A DNA stretch of 64,000 bases from Acidobacteriota bacterium (lineage in GTDB: Bacteria; Acidobacteriota; CAIWXX01): NCBI GenBank assembly GCA_040755995.1, contig JBFMAF010000024.1:128001-192000 (forward strand), given 5' to 3'. Shown here one piece after another: positions 20,603-30,962 of this stretch (positions within the stretch are counted from its first letter, which is position 1; each line of letters opens with the position of its first letter). The notes under the pieces were generated by a model. The model searched no databases and was not told where the DNA came from. It saw nothing but the letters and a program-made list of their open reading frames with translations. A program made the position numbers and the translations under genes.

Positions 20603-20822
20603 CGTAGCCTCCTGTGTTCTACAGAATTCCCCGAGAGCCCGCTTCCATCACCGAATCGGCGTGCGTCTCATTCATATCGTGCCCTGAATCTTAAGCCAGT
20701 CCCTCAAGCTTGTCCAGTCCGCCAATCCATCCGGGGATCCAAAGTCTGTGCGATGGATCGCGGGAAGGGCTTGCCGCCCGTGCCGAGGGCACGGTCCGTG
20801 CCACGGTGCGACGGATGCAAGC

Positions 20823-20852
20823 TTGACCTGCCGCCTGCGGCGCTACTATACT
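20823..20852 (+). promoter_or_regulatory. Sigma70-like promoter of the pyr operon
   Basis: TTGACC-N18-TATACT, ending 7 nt before the pyrR ATG. Confidence 0.6.
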
Positions 20853-20859
20853 GCCGCGC

Positions 20860-21402
20860 ATGAAGATCAAGGCTCGGATCATGGATCGGAAGAAGATGGA
20901 GCGGGCGGTTGCACGAATCCAGCAGGAGATCTTGGAGCACAACAAGTCCGCCAGCGATCTGGTCATCATCGGAATTCGAAGGCGTGGAGTGCCGTTGGCA
21001 GAACGCATCGCGTCAGGGATCGAAGCGGCCGAGCAGGTGAAGGTCCCGCGCGGCAGCCTCGACATCACCATGTATCGCGACGATCTCTCGACCGCACCCG
21101 TGCAACCGAAAGTCGAAAGGACCGACATCCCGTTCTCGGTCAACGACAAGGACGTTATTCTCGTCGACGACGTACTGTTCACCGGCAGGACCGTTCGAGC
21201 AGCCATGGACAGCCTGATCGACTTCGGCAGGCCACGGACGATCCAGCTCGCGGTCCTCATCGACCGCGGGCATCGCGAGCTCCCCATCCGCGCCGACTAC
21301 GTCGGCAAGATCCTTCCGACGTCCCGGAAGGAGATCGTGGACGTCCGGCTGGAGGAGACCGACGGCACCGACGAGGTGCTCATCGCGGAAGGGGAGAGCT
21401 AG
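20860..21402 (+). CDS. pyrR: PyrR regulator / uracil phosphoribosyltransferase
   Basis: [19 protein letters not shown] and [16 protein letters not shown]. Confidence 0.97.
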   Translation: MKIKARIMDRKKMERAVARIQQEILEHNKSASDLVIIGIRRRGVPLAERIASGIEAAEQVKVPRGSLDITMYRDDLSTAPVQPKVERTDIPFSVNDKDVILVDDVLFTGRTVRAAMDSLIDFGRPRTIQLAVLIDRGHRELPIRADYVGKILPTSRKEIVDVRLEETDGTDEVLIAEGES

Positions 21403-22355
21403 TGCCCCTCCGCACAAGACACCTCCTCGGGATCGAGCACCTCGACAAGGATGAGATCGAAACTATTCTCGACACGGCCGACTCCTTCAAGGAGGTCCTG
21501 AGCCGCGAGATCAAGAAGGTACCGACGCTCCGCGGCAAGACGGTCGTGACCCTGTTCTACGAACCGTCCACGCGCACCCGTACGTCCTTCGAAATGGCCG
21601 CGAAGATTCTGAGTGCGGACACCGTTTCGATCGCCACTACGACCAGCAGCGTTCAGAAGGGCGAGACGCTCGTGGACACAGTTCGCAATCTCGAAGCCAT
21701 GATGCCGGATTGCGTCATAGTGCGGCACCCCTGCGCCGGTGTCCCGGACATGCTCAGCCGGATCTGCCGCGGCTCGGTCATCAACGCCGGCGACGGGGCC
21801 CACGAGCATCCCACGCAGGCGCTCCTCGACGCCATGACAATGCGCGAGAAGAAGGGGCGCATACAGGGACTTCGAGTCGCCATCGTCGGCGATATCCGGC
21901 ATTCGCGGGTCGCGCGATCCAACATACACCTTCTAAAGAAACTCGGCGCCGACGTCAACGTGGCCGGCCCCTCGACTCTCATCCCGCCCGACATCGACAA
22001 GCTGGGCGCCGGTGTCACGACCGAGCCGATCAAGGCCATCCGGGATGCCGACGTCGTCATGATGCTGCGCATCCAGCAGGAACGCATGGACAAGTCGTTC
22101 TTCCCGACGTTGCGCGAGTTCGCCATGCTCTACGGCCTGACCCGGGAGAAGATGAAGCACGCCAGGCCCGATGCCATCATCATGCACCCGGGGCCGATGA
22201 ACCGCGGAGTCGAGATCGACCATGAGCTGGCAGATTCGAACGCCTCTGTAATTCTCGATCAGGTCCAGAACGGCGTGGCGGTTCGCATGGCCGTGCTCTA
22301 CCTCCTGGTCGGAGGCAATCCCGCCCAGGGACCCAGCACCGGAGGACCCTCATGA
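21402..22355 (+). CDS. pyrB: Aspartate carbamoyltransferase catalytic subunit
   Basis: [24 protein letters not shown] and [11 protein letters not shown] overlaps the pyrR stop. Confidence 0.97.
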   Translation: MPLRTRHLLGIEHLDKDEIETILDTADSFKEVLSREIKKVPTLRGKTVVTLFYEPSTRTRTSFEMAAKILSADTVSIATTTSSVQKGETLVDTVRNLEAMMPDCVIVRHPCAGVPDMLSRICRGSVINAGDGAHEHPTQALLDAMTMREKKGRIQGLRVAIVGDIRHSRVARSNIHLLKKLGADVNVAGPSTLIPPDIDKLGAGVTTEPIKAIRDADVVMMLRIQQERMDKSFFPTLREFAMLYGLTREKMKHARPDAIIMHPGPMNRGVEIDHELADSNASVILDQVQNGVAVRMAVLYLLVGGNPAQGPSTGGPS

Positions 22356-23629
22356 AGCTCCTCATAAAGAACGCCCGGGCCATCGACCCCTCGCAGGGCC
22401 TCGACGATACCCGCGACCTGTTGATCGTCGACGGGAAGATCGCCAGGGTCGAGCCGTCGATCTCGGACGGCGAGGCGGAGGTCCTCGAGGCTGTCGGCCT
22501 CGTGGTCACCCCCGGATTCATCGACATGCACGTCCACCTGCGTGAGCCCGGCCGGGAGGACAAGGAAACGATCAAGAGCGGCTGCGAGGCCGCGGCTGCG
22601 GGCGGCTTCACGTCGATCTGCTGCATGCCGAACACCAATCCGGTGAACGACACGCGCGCCGTGACCGACTTCATTCTCGCGCGGGCAAAGGAGAGCGGGA
22701 TCGTAAACGTCTTCCCGATCGGCGCGGTCACGCGCGGGCAGGAAGGGAGGCTGTTGGCCGATGTCGGGGAGATGCGCGAAGCCGGCTGCGTGGCCATCTC
22801 GGATGACGGCAAGCCGGTCTGGAACGCCCTGATCATGCGGCGCGCGCTCGAATACGCCGGCATGTGGAACATGCCGGTCATCGACCACTGCGAGGACCTG
22901 CACCTGGCCGAGGGCGGGGTCATGAACGAAGGGTATTACTCGACCGCTCTGGGGCTGCGCGGCATCCCGGCCATGGCCGAAGATATCATGGTCCAGCGCG
23001 ACATCACTGTCGCGGGAGCCGTAGGCCAGCACCTGCACGTAGCCCACCTGTCGACCGCCGGCGCCATGGCCGCGGTGCGAGACGGGAAGCGGCGCGGCAT
23101 CAAGGTCACGTGCGAAGTCACACCGCACCATTTCGCCCTGACCGACAAGGAGGTCAGCTCCTACGATACGTCCACCAAGATGAACCCGCCGCTGCGCAGC
23201 GAGGCCGACCGGCAGGTGCTCCTCGCGGGCATCAAAGATGGGACGGTCGACTGCATAGCCTCCGATCATGCCCCCCACACATTCGACGACAAGAACGTCG
23301 AGTACGACTATGCACCTTTCGGAATCGTGGGGCTGGAGACCGCTGTCTCGCTGGCACTGGACCGGCTCGTGAACTCCGGTCTGATCCCCATGTCCCGGCT
23401 GGTGGCGCTGATGTCGTCGAACCCGGCGCGAGTCTTGGGACTCAAGGGCAAGGGCTCGCTGCGCGTGGGATCGGACGCGGACGTCACGGTGTTGAATCCT
23501 CAGAAGAAGGTCACCGTCGACTCCGAACGATTCAAGTCCAAGAGCCACAACACGCCGTTCAACGGATGGAAGCTCAAAGGCGCCCCCGCGGCCACCATCG
23601 TCGCCGGCAGAATCGTCTGGCGCGAGTAG
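22352..23629 (+). CDS. pyrC: Dihydroorotase
   Basis: [22 protein letters not shown] and ASDHAPH. Confidence 0.96.
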   Translation: MKLLIKNARAIDPSQGLDDTRDLLIVDGKIARVEPSISDGEAEVLEAVGLVVTPGFIDMHVHLREPGREDKETIKSGCEAAAAGGFTSICCMPNTNPVNDTRAVTDFILARAKESGIVNVFPIGAVTRGQEGRLLADVGEMREAGCVAISDDGKPVWNALIMRRALEYAGMWNMPVIDHCEDLHLAEGGVMNEGYYSTALGLRGIPAMAEDIMVQRDITVAGAVGQHLHVAHLSTAGAMAAVRDGKRRGIKVTCEVTPHHFALTDKEVSSYDTSTKMNPPLRSEADRQVLLAGIKDGTVDCIASDHAPHTFDDKNVEYDYAPFGIVGLETAVSLALDRLVNSGLIPMSRLVALMSSNPARVLGLKGKGSLRVGSDADVTVLNPQKKVTVDSERFKSKSHNTPFNGWKLKGAPAATIVAGRIVWRE

Positions 23630-23645
23630 CCGCTCCCGGGTCGTA

Positions 23646-23695
23646 CCCCTACCCGTTCCCGATTGGTCCTCTTCGGGTACGCGAACGGGTAGGGG
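23646..23695. repeat. 13-bp perfect inverted repeat (REP-like or terminator-like)
   Basis: CCCCTACCCGTTC (23646-23658) pairs with GAACGGGTAGGGG (23683-23695). No U-tract. Confidence 0.55.
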
Positions 23696-23837
23696 CGTGT
23701 GAACGAGGTGCAGGCACGATCCTTCATGCATGCTGCTTGAGGTGTGATGAGAGGTACCGCGATCGCGCCGCCTTGTGTGCCTGTCTCTGCTCTGGTAAGA
23801 TATCGCGTGACTGAGCGTGTTGCAGCAGTGAGAGGCG

Positions 23838-25457
23838 ATGTACACCCTTGTTTATAGTGAGAAGGGCGAACAGAAGACATTTCCCATCGTCAGGTCCGAG
23901 ATCACCATCGGGCGAGCCCGCGAGAACGACCTGACCCTTTCCGACATCAGCATCTCCCGGCGTCACTGTCGGATCCGTGTCGGCCCTGAGGGCGGCAGGA
24001 TCTCCGACATGAACACGCTTAACGGGACGAAGGTCAACGGCGTGCCGATCGTCGAGATCGCGCTGAAGGACGGGGATGAGATACACCTCGGCGGCTTCCC
24101 CCTGCGCGTCCGTGTGAGCGAGGACGAACGGGTCAGTCTCGTCGACGCCAAGCCGCTCGACACGGGCATGGGGACCTACATCGTCAACGTAGGGGACATC
24201 GCGAAGGCGTATGGCGCCGAGGACACAGGGGAAGGCGATCTGGTCCGCGGCGCGGCGGTGCCGACGGTGCCACCGACTCACGACATCCAGAAGAGCTACA
24301 ACGCGCTCAAGTTTCTCACCAAAGTGGTCGAGTCCATCATCAAGGTTCAGCCGCTCGATCAGGTGCTCGACACCATCATGGACATGGTCTTCAGCAACTT
24401 CGCCGCAGAGCGCGGGTTCCTGATGCTGCACGACAGGGACTACGACACACTGGTGCCGAAGGTGGTCCGCTTCAAGAAGGCCGGTTTGCAGGAGGAGAAG
24501 ATCGCGATATCGAGGACGATCACAAACAAGGTCTTCCGCGAAAAGCAGGCGATCCTCACGCAGGACGCGCAGATAGACAGCCAGTTCGAGGCCGGCGAGT
24601 CGATCAGGTTCCTCGGCATCCGATCCGCCATGTGCGTGCCGCTCTGGCACAAGGAAGATGTAATCGGCATCATCTACGCCGATTCGCTGATCCAGAGCAA
24701 GAGCTTCTCGGAGGCCGATCTGGAGCTCCTCGCGATCATGGCGAATTACGCGGCGGTGGGCATAGAGCATGCTCGACTGAACGCGCGCATACAGGAGGAG
24801 ATGAAGAAGCGGGCGAAGCTCGAGCGCTACCACTCCCCGGGCGTCATCAGCCGCATCCTGGACTCGCCTGAGTCCGGCGGCGAGCTTGTCTTTGACCTTC
24901 AGGAGCGAGAAGCGACCGTGCTCTTCACTGACATCGTGGGGTTCACGTCGATGGCGGAGAAGCTCGAGCCGCACAAGGTGGCCTACATCCTGAACGACTA
25001 CTTCTCACAGATGACGGATATCATCTTCCAGAATGAGGGCACGCTCGACAAGTACATCGGCGACGCGATCATGGCGGTCTTCGGCGCTCCATTCCCGCAG
25101 GAGGACCACGCTTCCAGGGCCGTCCGCGCCGCGCTGCAGATGCGCCAGGTGCTGGAGTCGATCAACCAGAAACGTGGCGACGGCCTGGCAATTCAGATCC
25201 GCACCGGCATCAACAGCGGCAAGGTCGTGGCCGGGGATGTCGGATCGCCGAAGCGCATGGAATACACGGTATTGGGTGATACGGTCAACGTGGCTTCGCG
25301 ACTGGAGTCGGCCGTGGCCGAGCCCGGCCAGATCATCGTGGGCGAGAACACGTACGAGCTGATCAAGGGGCGTTTCAAGGTCCGTCCCATCGGGACCCCT
25401 TCCATGCAAGGCATTACGAAAGCCATGTTGGCGTACGAGGTGCTGGACACGCCCTGA
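23838..25457 (+). CDS. FHA-GAF-class III adenylate cyclase
   Basis: FHA (IGRA.END...ISRRH...NGT), GAF, then LFTDIVGFT, DKYIGDAIMA and YTVLGDTVNVASRLE. Confidence 0.93.
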   Translation: MYTLVYSEKGEQKTFPIVRSEITIGRARENDLTLSDISISRRHCRIRVGPEGGRISDMNTLNGTKVNGVPIVEIALKDGDEIHLGGFPLRVRVSEDERVSLVDAKPLDTGMGTYIVNVGDIAKAYGAEDTGEGDLVRGAAVPTVPPTHDIQKSYNALKFLTKVVESIIKVQPLDQVLDTIMDMVFSNFAAERGFLMLHDRDYDTLVPKVVRFKKAGLQEEKIAISRTITNKVFREKQAILTQDAQIDSQFEAGESIRFLGIRSAMCVPLWHKEDVIGIIYADSLIQSKSFSEADLELLAIMANYAAVGIEHARLNARIQEEMKKRAKLERYHSPGVISRILDSPESGGELVFDLQEREATVLFTDIVGFTSMAEKLEPHKVAYILNDYFSQMTDIIFQNEGTLDKYIGDAIMAVFGAPFPQEDHASRAVRAALQMRQVLESINQKRGDGLAIQIRTGINSGKVVAGDVGSPKRMEYTVLGDTVNVASRLESAVAEPGQIIVGENTYELIKGRFKVRPIGTPSMQGITKAMLAYEVLDTP

Positions 25458-25562
25458 GCCGTTGGATCATATGAAAAGTGAATTCGATCCGATCGAGCAC
25501 CGGCGCAAAGCGACTTCAGTCGTGCTGAGCATCAGGCGCGAGGAGCGCCGCGGGCCGCCGCG

Positions 25563-27359
25563 ATGACGCCGCTCGACCGGTCGCTCAAGGAGACGATCTC
25601 CACCCAGTTCAAGTCGAAGATCCTTTACTCCCTGCTCGCGATCCTGCTGACAGTCGCCATCGTTCCGCTTCTGCTCTACGGCTGGAAGTCGATCGAGATC
25701 AACCGCGAGACCCTGCAGACCAATCTCCAGGAATTCCAGCTCAACATCGCACGATCGATATCGAACGAGGTGATCCTGTACCTGGACGCGCTTCAGAACC
25801 AGATCGGTGTGCTCGCGAAGGCGATCGAGATCGGCAGCGCCGGGAGCGACTTCAAGACGTCCTTCGACGACCTCAGGAAGGGCCAGGGAGGCTTGGTGAA
25901 GGTGGTCTCGGAGGGTGGAAACTTCTACTCGGTCCGCGTCTACGATATCAAGGGCAACTGGACGCAGGCGGGCATTTCCATCGAGGATGAGAACATCACC
26001 GCCGACATGGAGGATGCTTTCCTCGTAGCGGTCGATGGCACCTCCTACGTCTCACCCCGCCCCGAGATCTCCCAAACGCTCCAGGAGCCCGTGCTCGTGA
26101 TGGCGCAGCCGATCTACTCGAAGGGCGCCGTCGCCGGTGTCGTCGCCTCCATCACATCGTTCGAACCTATTCTGAGGTCGCTCACGGAGAAGAGCCGCGA
26201 GGGGAGCACGGTGTATCTGGTCGACAAGGAAGGTACGATCTTCGCGCACCCGGATCGAGCCAAGCTTCTGGCCAAGAGCTCCATCGCCGACACCCCCATC
26301 TTCAAAGAAATGAGCTCGGCGCGCGGTGTAGCCAGCGCCACCGTGCCCTTCAAGGAGATGACTCCGAACGGCGAGGTGGACTATGTCGGAACGTTCGACT
26401 GGGTGCCGCGAATGAACTGGGGAGTAGTGGTCCAGGTTGAACAGCGGCGCGTTTTCTACTCGGTCGACCAGATGCGGCGCACCACCATCCTCTGGGGGCT
26501 CATCGGGATGCTCGCCGCCGTGGCCGCGGGCATCTTCTTCGCGAAACGGATCTCGACCCCGATCCAGCGCGTGGCCAAGGGGGCTACGGCGCTGGCCGGA
26601 AGGGACTTCAGCCACAGAATAGAGGTGCGGAGCCGCAATGAGATCGGGCAGCTGGCCGAGACGTTCAACTTCATGAGCGATGAGATCCACAACTACGTCG
26701 AGAAGCTGAAGTGGGCGGCCGAGGAGAACAAGCAGCTGTTCGTGGGGTCGATCCAGATGATGGCGGCAGCCATCGACGAGAAGGATCCGTACACGCACGG
26801 TCACTCCGAACGAGTGGCACGATATTCGAAGTCGATCGCCGTCCAGCTTGGATTGGGACAGGTCGACGCCGAGAAGGTGTGGATATCGGCCCTGCTCCAC
26901 GACGTCGGGAAGATCGGCATCAGGGACAGCGTCCTGGGCAAGCCGGACACGCTGACCAAAGACGAGCTCGACACGATGCGCCAGCATCCGACCAAAGGCG
27001 CCACCATCATGAGCCCGGTCCGGCAGCTCAAGGACATAATCCCGGGAATCAAGCATCATCATGAGAGCTATGATGGGAGCGGCTATCCGGATCGATTGAA
27101 AGGGGAGGACATACCCGTCATGGCGCGCATCATAAGTGTGGCTGACACGTTCGACGCCATGACGACGGACCGGCCCTACCAACGGGCGATGGACCCCGAC
27201 TATGCCCTCGACAAGATCCGGTCATGGATTGGAAAACGGTTCGACGGAAGAGTGGTCGACGCGTTGGGCAAGGCGCTGGCTGCAGGACAGTTCAAGGCGG
27301 ATCAGGAGGCGGAGAACACGGCTGAGGCCGGTGTGATGTACTCTGGAGGTAGAGGATGA
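25563..27359 (+). CDS. Cache-HAMP-HD-GYP cyclic dinucleotide phosphodiesterase
   Basis: Two TMs flanking a Cache domain, HAMP, DPYTHGHSERV, LHDVGKIG, HHESYDGSGYP and VADTFDAM. Confidence 0.93.
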   Translation: MTPLDRSLKETISTQFKSKILYSLLAILLTVAIVPLLLYGWKSIEINRETLQTNLQEFQLNIARSISNEVILYLDALQNQIGVLAKAIEIGSAGSDFKTSFDDLRKGQGGLVKVVSEGGNFYSVRVYDIKGNWTQAGISIEDENITADMEDAFLVAVDGTSYVSPRPEISQTLQEPVLVMAQPIYSKGAVAGVVASITSFEPILRSLTEKSREGSTVYLVDKEGTIFAHPDRAKLLAKSSIADTPIFKEMSSARGVASATVPFKEMTPNGEVDYVGTFDWVPRMNWGVVVQVEQRRVFYSVDQMRRTTILWGLIGMLAAVAAGIFFAKRISTPIQRVAKGATALAGRDFSHRIEVRSRNEIGQLAETFNFMSDEIHNYVEKLKWAAEENKQLFVGSIQMMAAAIDEKDPYTHGHSERVARYSKSIAVQLGLGQVDAEKVWISALLHDVGKIGIRDSVLGKPDTLTKDELDTMRQHPTKGATIMSPVRQLKDIIPGIKHHHESYDGSGYPDRLKGEDIPVMARIISVADTFDAMTTDRPYQRAMDPDYALDKIRSWIGKRFDGRVVDALGKALAAGQFKADQEAENTAEAGVMYSGGRG

Positions 27360-28249
27360 AGAGACTGGAGAGGGGTTTGGATACGGACGGGAAGGCCGGG
27401 GTGGGGTCCGAGATCCGCTACGCCGGATCCGAGACCGGGCCTGCCGTTCCCGCAGGGGCCTCGTCGCGCACAGGGACGAGCTGCTGTCGCCTGGTCTGGC
27501 TGATGTTCCTCGCGCTGATGATAGGCTGCGGCGGGAATCCTGACCCGCAGAAGGTCGCCTTATCGCAGCAGAACTCGTTCGACTACAACTACCGCCTGGG
27601 TGTCATGCACCTGAACCAGGGCAACATACCCTCCGCAATCATGGCGCTCCAGAAAGCACTCACGATCAAGCCGGAGGACGCAGACGGGTGGAATGCACTG
27701 GGGCTGGCCCATTTCATGGGCAAGCAGTACAAGGAAGCCCTGTTCGCGTTCCAGAAGGCGCTAGAGGTCAAGCCTACCTTCACGGATGTTCATAACAACT
27801 TGGGCAACGTCTATAACGACATGGGCCTGTATGACAAGGCCAAGGCGGAGTACAACAAGGTACTGGAGGACCTCACGTACCCCAAGCCGGAGGCGGCCTA
27901 CTTCAACCTGGCCACGATCGCGGCGGTAGAAGAGAAGTACGATGTCGCCCTGAACTACTGCCGGCTGGCGCTGAGCATGAACCCGCGCTTCGCGCGCGTT
28001 TACAACCTCATCGGCCTCATCAACGAGAAGAAGGGAGACCTGAGGGAGGCAGTCGCCAACTACCGGGTCGGGCTGACGGTCGGCCCGGAACAGCTCGAGC
28101 TCAACTACAACCTCGCCGTCGTGTTGTTCAAGACAAAGCAGTACGCCGAGTCGCGGCCGCTTTTCGAGAAGGTTGTACAACTGTATCCTGCCACGGATCA
28201 GGGCAAGCGGTCGTTGGAATACCTGCAGATGTTCGCGAAGCCCGAGTAG
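27356..28249 (+). CDS. TPR lipoprotein, PilF/PilW/Tgl-like
   Basis: LMIGC lipobox followed by several TPRs (WNALG, HNNLG, YFNLA, YNLIG). The true start may be downstream. Confidence 0.75.
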   Translation: MKRLERGLDTDGKAGVGSEIRYAGSETGPAVPAGASSRTGTSCCRLVWLMFLALMIGCGGNPDPQKVALSQQNSFDYNYRLGVMHLNQGNIPSAIMALQKALTIKPEDADGWNALGLAHFMGKQYKEALFAFQKALEVKPTFTDVHNNLGNVYNDMGLYDKAKAEYNKVLEDLTYPKPEAAYFNLATIAAVEEKYDVALNYCRLALSMNPRFARVYNLIGLINEKKGDLREAVANYRVGLTVGPEQLELNYNLAVVLFKTKQYAESRPLFEKVVQLYPATDQGKRSLEYLQMFAKPE

Positions 28250-28250
28250 T

Positions 28251-28613
28251 GTGTCGTTCGAGCCGCTGCTGACCGAGCTGCTGGAGGGGGTGGACGGCGC
28301 TATCTCCGCCGCGATGTTCGACGCGGAGGGGGAGATGGTGCAGATCGTCGGGCGCAAAGGCATCGATCGGCACCGCCTGCAGCTGATCGGCGCCTACGAG
28401 TCTATCTTCCACCGGCAGCTGCTCGACATGCTGGCGTTGTCTCCCTTGGAGAAGATCACGTGCCACTTCACTTGGTACAGCAGGGGGATCATCCTGACGT
28501 ATCCTCTCGGCGATGGCTACCTGCTGCAGTTGTACGGCGAGCCCGACTGCAACGTCGGCCAGGCCTTTCACCACATGCGCGCAGCCTACGCGAGGATCCT
28601 CGCGGAGATGTAG
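28251..28613 (+). CDS. Roadblock/LC7 (MglB-like) protein
   Basis: F..LL.ELLEGVDGAISAAMFDAEGE and DGYLL..Y...NVGQA pattern. GTG 1 nt after the TPR gene stop. Confidence 0.7.
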   Translation: MSFEPLLTELLEGVDGAISAAMFDAEGEMVQIVGRKGIDRHRLQLIGAYESIFHRQLLDMLALSPLEKITCHFTWYSRGIILTYPLGDGYLLQLYGEPDCNVGQAFHHMRAAYARILAEM

Positions 28614-28655
28614 GAGGCCGTCCAGGCATGATAGAATCGCCGTTCGGTTGAGAGC

Positions 28656-29591
28656 ATGCAGAAGAGAGCCGAGCTTGATCGCGTGAGGCCGACTGCCCTT
28701 TCCCGGCGCGACTGCAAAGTCTGGGCGGCGCACTTTGCCAAGGTGTGCAAGCGCGGCACGTCATTTCGCTCTTTCTACGAATCGCTGCCGGCGATTCTGG
28801 CCGGGCAGGATTTCCGATCGATAGTCACCGCGGTGGTCGCAGCCGCCCGCCGTCGTAGGATGGTCCTCTTGATGATGGGCGCGCACGTAATAAAGTGTGG
28901 GCTCTCTCCGTTGATCATCGACCTGATGAAGCGGGGGATCGTGAAGGCCGTCGCCATGAACGGAGCCGGCGTCGTGCACGACACGGAAATAGCGATGATC
29001 GGCCGGACCAGCGAGGACGTGGCGGAAGGGATCGCCGACGGCTCGTTCGGGATGGCGAGAGAGACGGCGCAGTTCATCAACGTCGCAGTCGCGCAGGGGT
29101 ATGCCGCAGGGGAGGGTTTCGGCGAGGCCGTTGGCAGGGAGATCGTGGAGGAAAAGCTGAGGCACAGGGAACTGAGCATACTGGCCGCCGGCCACACGCT
29201 CGCCATTCCCGTCACAGTCCATGTGGCCATCGGCACTGACATCGTGCATCAACACCCGACAGCAGACGGGGAAGCGATCGGCGGGGCGTCCTTTCTCGAT
29301 TTCCGAAGCCTCATCCACAGCGTGTCGAGACTCGATGGGGGTGTTGTGCTGAACGTCGGCTCGGCCGTGGTTCTTCCCGAGGTCTTTCTGAAGGCCCTCA
29401 CGGTGGCGAGAAACCTGGGCTTCCGCGCGAGCAGGTTCACAGCCGTCGATTTCGACATGATCCGCCAGTACCGGCCTCGCGAAAACGTCGTCACACGGCC
29501 CACCTCCGCAGGCGGCAGGGGCTATCAGATCGTGGGTCACCACGAGCTCATGATCCCACTCATGCATCGCGCCATCGTGGAGCGCATCTGA
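28656..29591 (+). CDS. Deoxyhypusine-synthase-like protein of unknown function
   Basis: MMGAHVIKCGLSP, AMNGAG..HD.E, HVAIGTDI.H, GSAVVLPEVFLKA and GHHELM.P. Confidence 0.75.
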   Translation: MQKRAELDRVRPTALSRRDCKVWAAHFAKVCKRGTSFRSFYESLPAILAGQDFRSIVTAVVAAARRRRMVLLMMGAHVIKCGLSPLIIDLMKRGIVKAVAMNGAGVVHDTEIAMIGRTSEDVAEGIADGSFGMARETAQFINVAVAQGYAAGEGFGEAVGREIVEEKLRHRELSILAAGHTLAIPVTVHVAIGTDIVHQHPTADGEAIGGASFLDFRSLIHSVSRLDGGVVLNVGSAVVLPEVFLKALTVARNLGFRASRFTAVDFDMIRQYRPRENVVTRPTSAGGRGYQIVGHHELMIPLMHRAIVERI

Positions 29592-29594
29592 GCC

Positions 29595-30587
29595 ATGGGA
29601 ACCCCATCCGTCGCCGCCCTGCGACGAATCGTCTCCCGCTTCCGCCGCATCAGGGTGCTGGTGGTGGGCGACCTTATCCTGGACGAGTTCATCTGGGGCG
29701 ATGTATCGCGGATCTCCCCCGAGGCGCCCGTGCCGGTGGTGTGGGTCCGGAACGAAAGCTACATGCCCGGGGGCGCGGCCAACGTCGCCCACAACCTCGC
29801 CGCCCTCGGCGCAGCAGTCTCCCTGATCGGACTGGTGGGAGATGACCTCCACGGAAGTACGCTTCGGCACAAGCTCGCCGAGAAAGGCGTCGACACCGGC
29901 GGCGTGATCGTGGATCATTCGCGCCCCACCACACTCAAGACCCGAGTCGTGGCACATCACCAGCAGCTCGTGCGGATCGACCGGGAGAAGATCGCTCCTG
30001 TCGCAGGCCGCGTGCTCGCCAGGATGGTCGAGTACCTGGAGGCCGCCGTCGATAGCGTGGATGCGGTGATCATCGAGGACTATGGCAAGGGTGTCATAAC
30101 ACCTCGACTACTGAAGCGGATACTCCCCCTGCTGCGGACCCACGGGAAGATCATCGCCGTGGATCCCAAGGAAGAGCACTTCCGGTACTACCGGGGCATC
30201 AGCGTCATTACGCCGAACCATCACGAAGCGTCGAGGCTCGTGGGATTCCCGATTCGCGATGGCGCCACCCTCGAGAAGGCCGGCGAGAAGATACTCAGGC
30301 TGCTTGACTGCTCGATCGCCCTCATCACGCTGGGCGAGCACGGGATGGCCGTTTTCGAGAAGGGCAAGAAAGTGCAGCAGATCCCGACCGTCGCGCAGGA
30401 GGTTTTCGACGTATCGGGCGCCGGCGACACCGTCGTTGCCGCCTACACGCTCGCCCTCGCAGCCGGCGCAAACGCCGTCGAGGCCGCTCTCATCGCCAAC
30501 CATGCTGCAGGGCTCGTCGTTGGCAAGGTCGGGATTGCTGTAGTGACCCCCCAAGAGCTCCTCCAGAGGATCACCTCAGCCCCCTGA
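29595..30587 (+). CDS. hldA: D-glycero-beta-D-manno-heptose-7-phosphate kinase (RfaE domain I, PfkB family)
   Basis: VGDLILDE..G.VSRISPEAPVPV, GGAANVA, DYGKG and EVFDVSGAGDTV. Confidence 0.9.
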   Translation: MGTPSVAALRRIVSRFRRIRVLVVGDLILDEFIWGDVSRISPEAPVPVVWVRNESYMPGGAANVAHNLAALGAAVSLIGLVGDDLHGSTLRHKLAEKGVDTGGVIVDHSRPTTLKTRVVAHHQQLVRIDREKIAPVAGRVLARMVEYLEAAVDSVDAVIIEDYGKGVITPRLLKRILPLLRTHGKIIAVDPKEEHFRYYRGISVITPNHHEASRLVGFPIRDGATLEKAGEKILRLLDCSIALITLGEHGMAVFEKGKKVQQIPTVAQEVFDVSGAGDTVVAAYTLALAAGANAVEAALIANHAAGLVVGKVGIAVVTPQELLQRITSAP

Positions 30588-30962
30588 CAACCGCTCCTGC
30601 GCCGGCTCGGGTGTGCGGTAGTTGCACTGGCATCTTTGCCCGATTTGGCCTACCCTATGCAACTAATCAGGGTGAGGGAGAAAGGGTGACTGATCGGGGC
30701 GCGCAACAGTGCTGGTTGAGCGGGAAATGGGAATTCCCACGAGTGATATAGGTTGGGCGGCGCACTTGCGCAACGCCTTGGCACTGGCGGCTGGGGAGGC
30801 ACGGGGTGTCGAGTCAAGGCTGCCGTGAGGAGATATAAGGTCGCGCGTCCTTCAGAGAAGGTCTCCATCTCCAGGATCGACGCGCCGAAAATGATCGGGC
30901 ACGTGCCGAACAACTGGAGTGGTCGATGCTGCCGGATGTGTGGTGCAAGAAGCCGGAGATTG

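Noticed and set aside
20748..21401. 535-aa ORF suggesting an N-terminally extended PyrB
   Set aside because: The extension is an off-frame read of pyrR. PyrB homology begins at GTG 21402.
25458..25566. GCGCAAAGC before the HD-GYP gene as a c-di-GMP-I riboswitch, and a 31-codon uORF from ATG 25471
   Set aside because: The upstream GCAAAC/GNRA stem is missing, and the uORF has no supporting RBS or motif.
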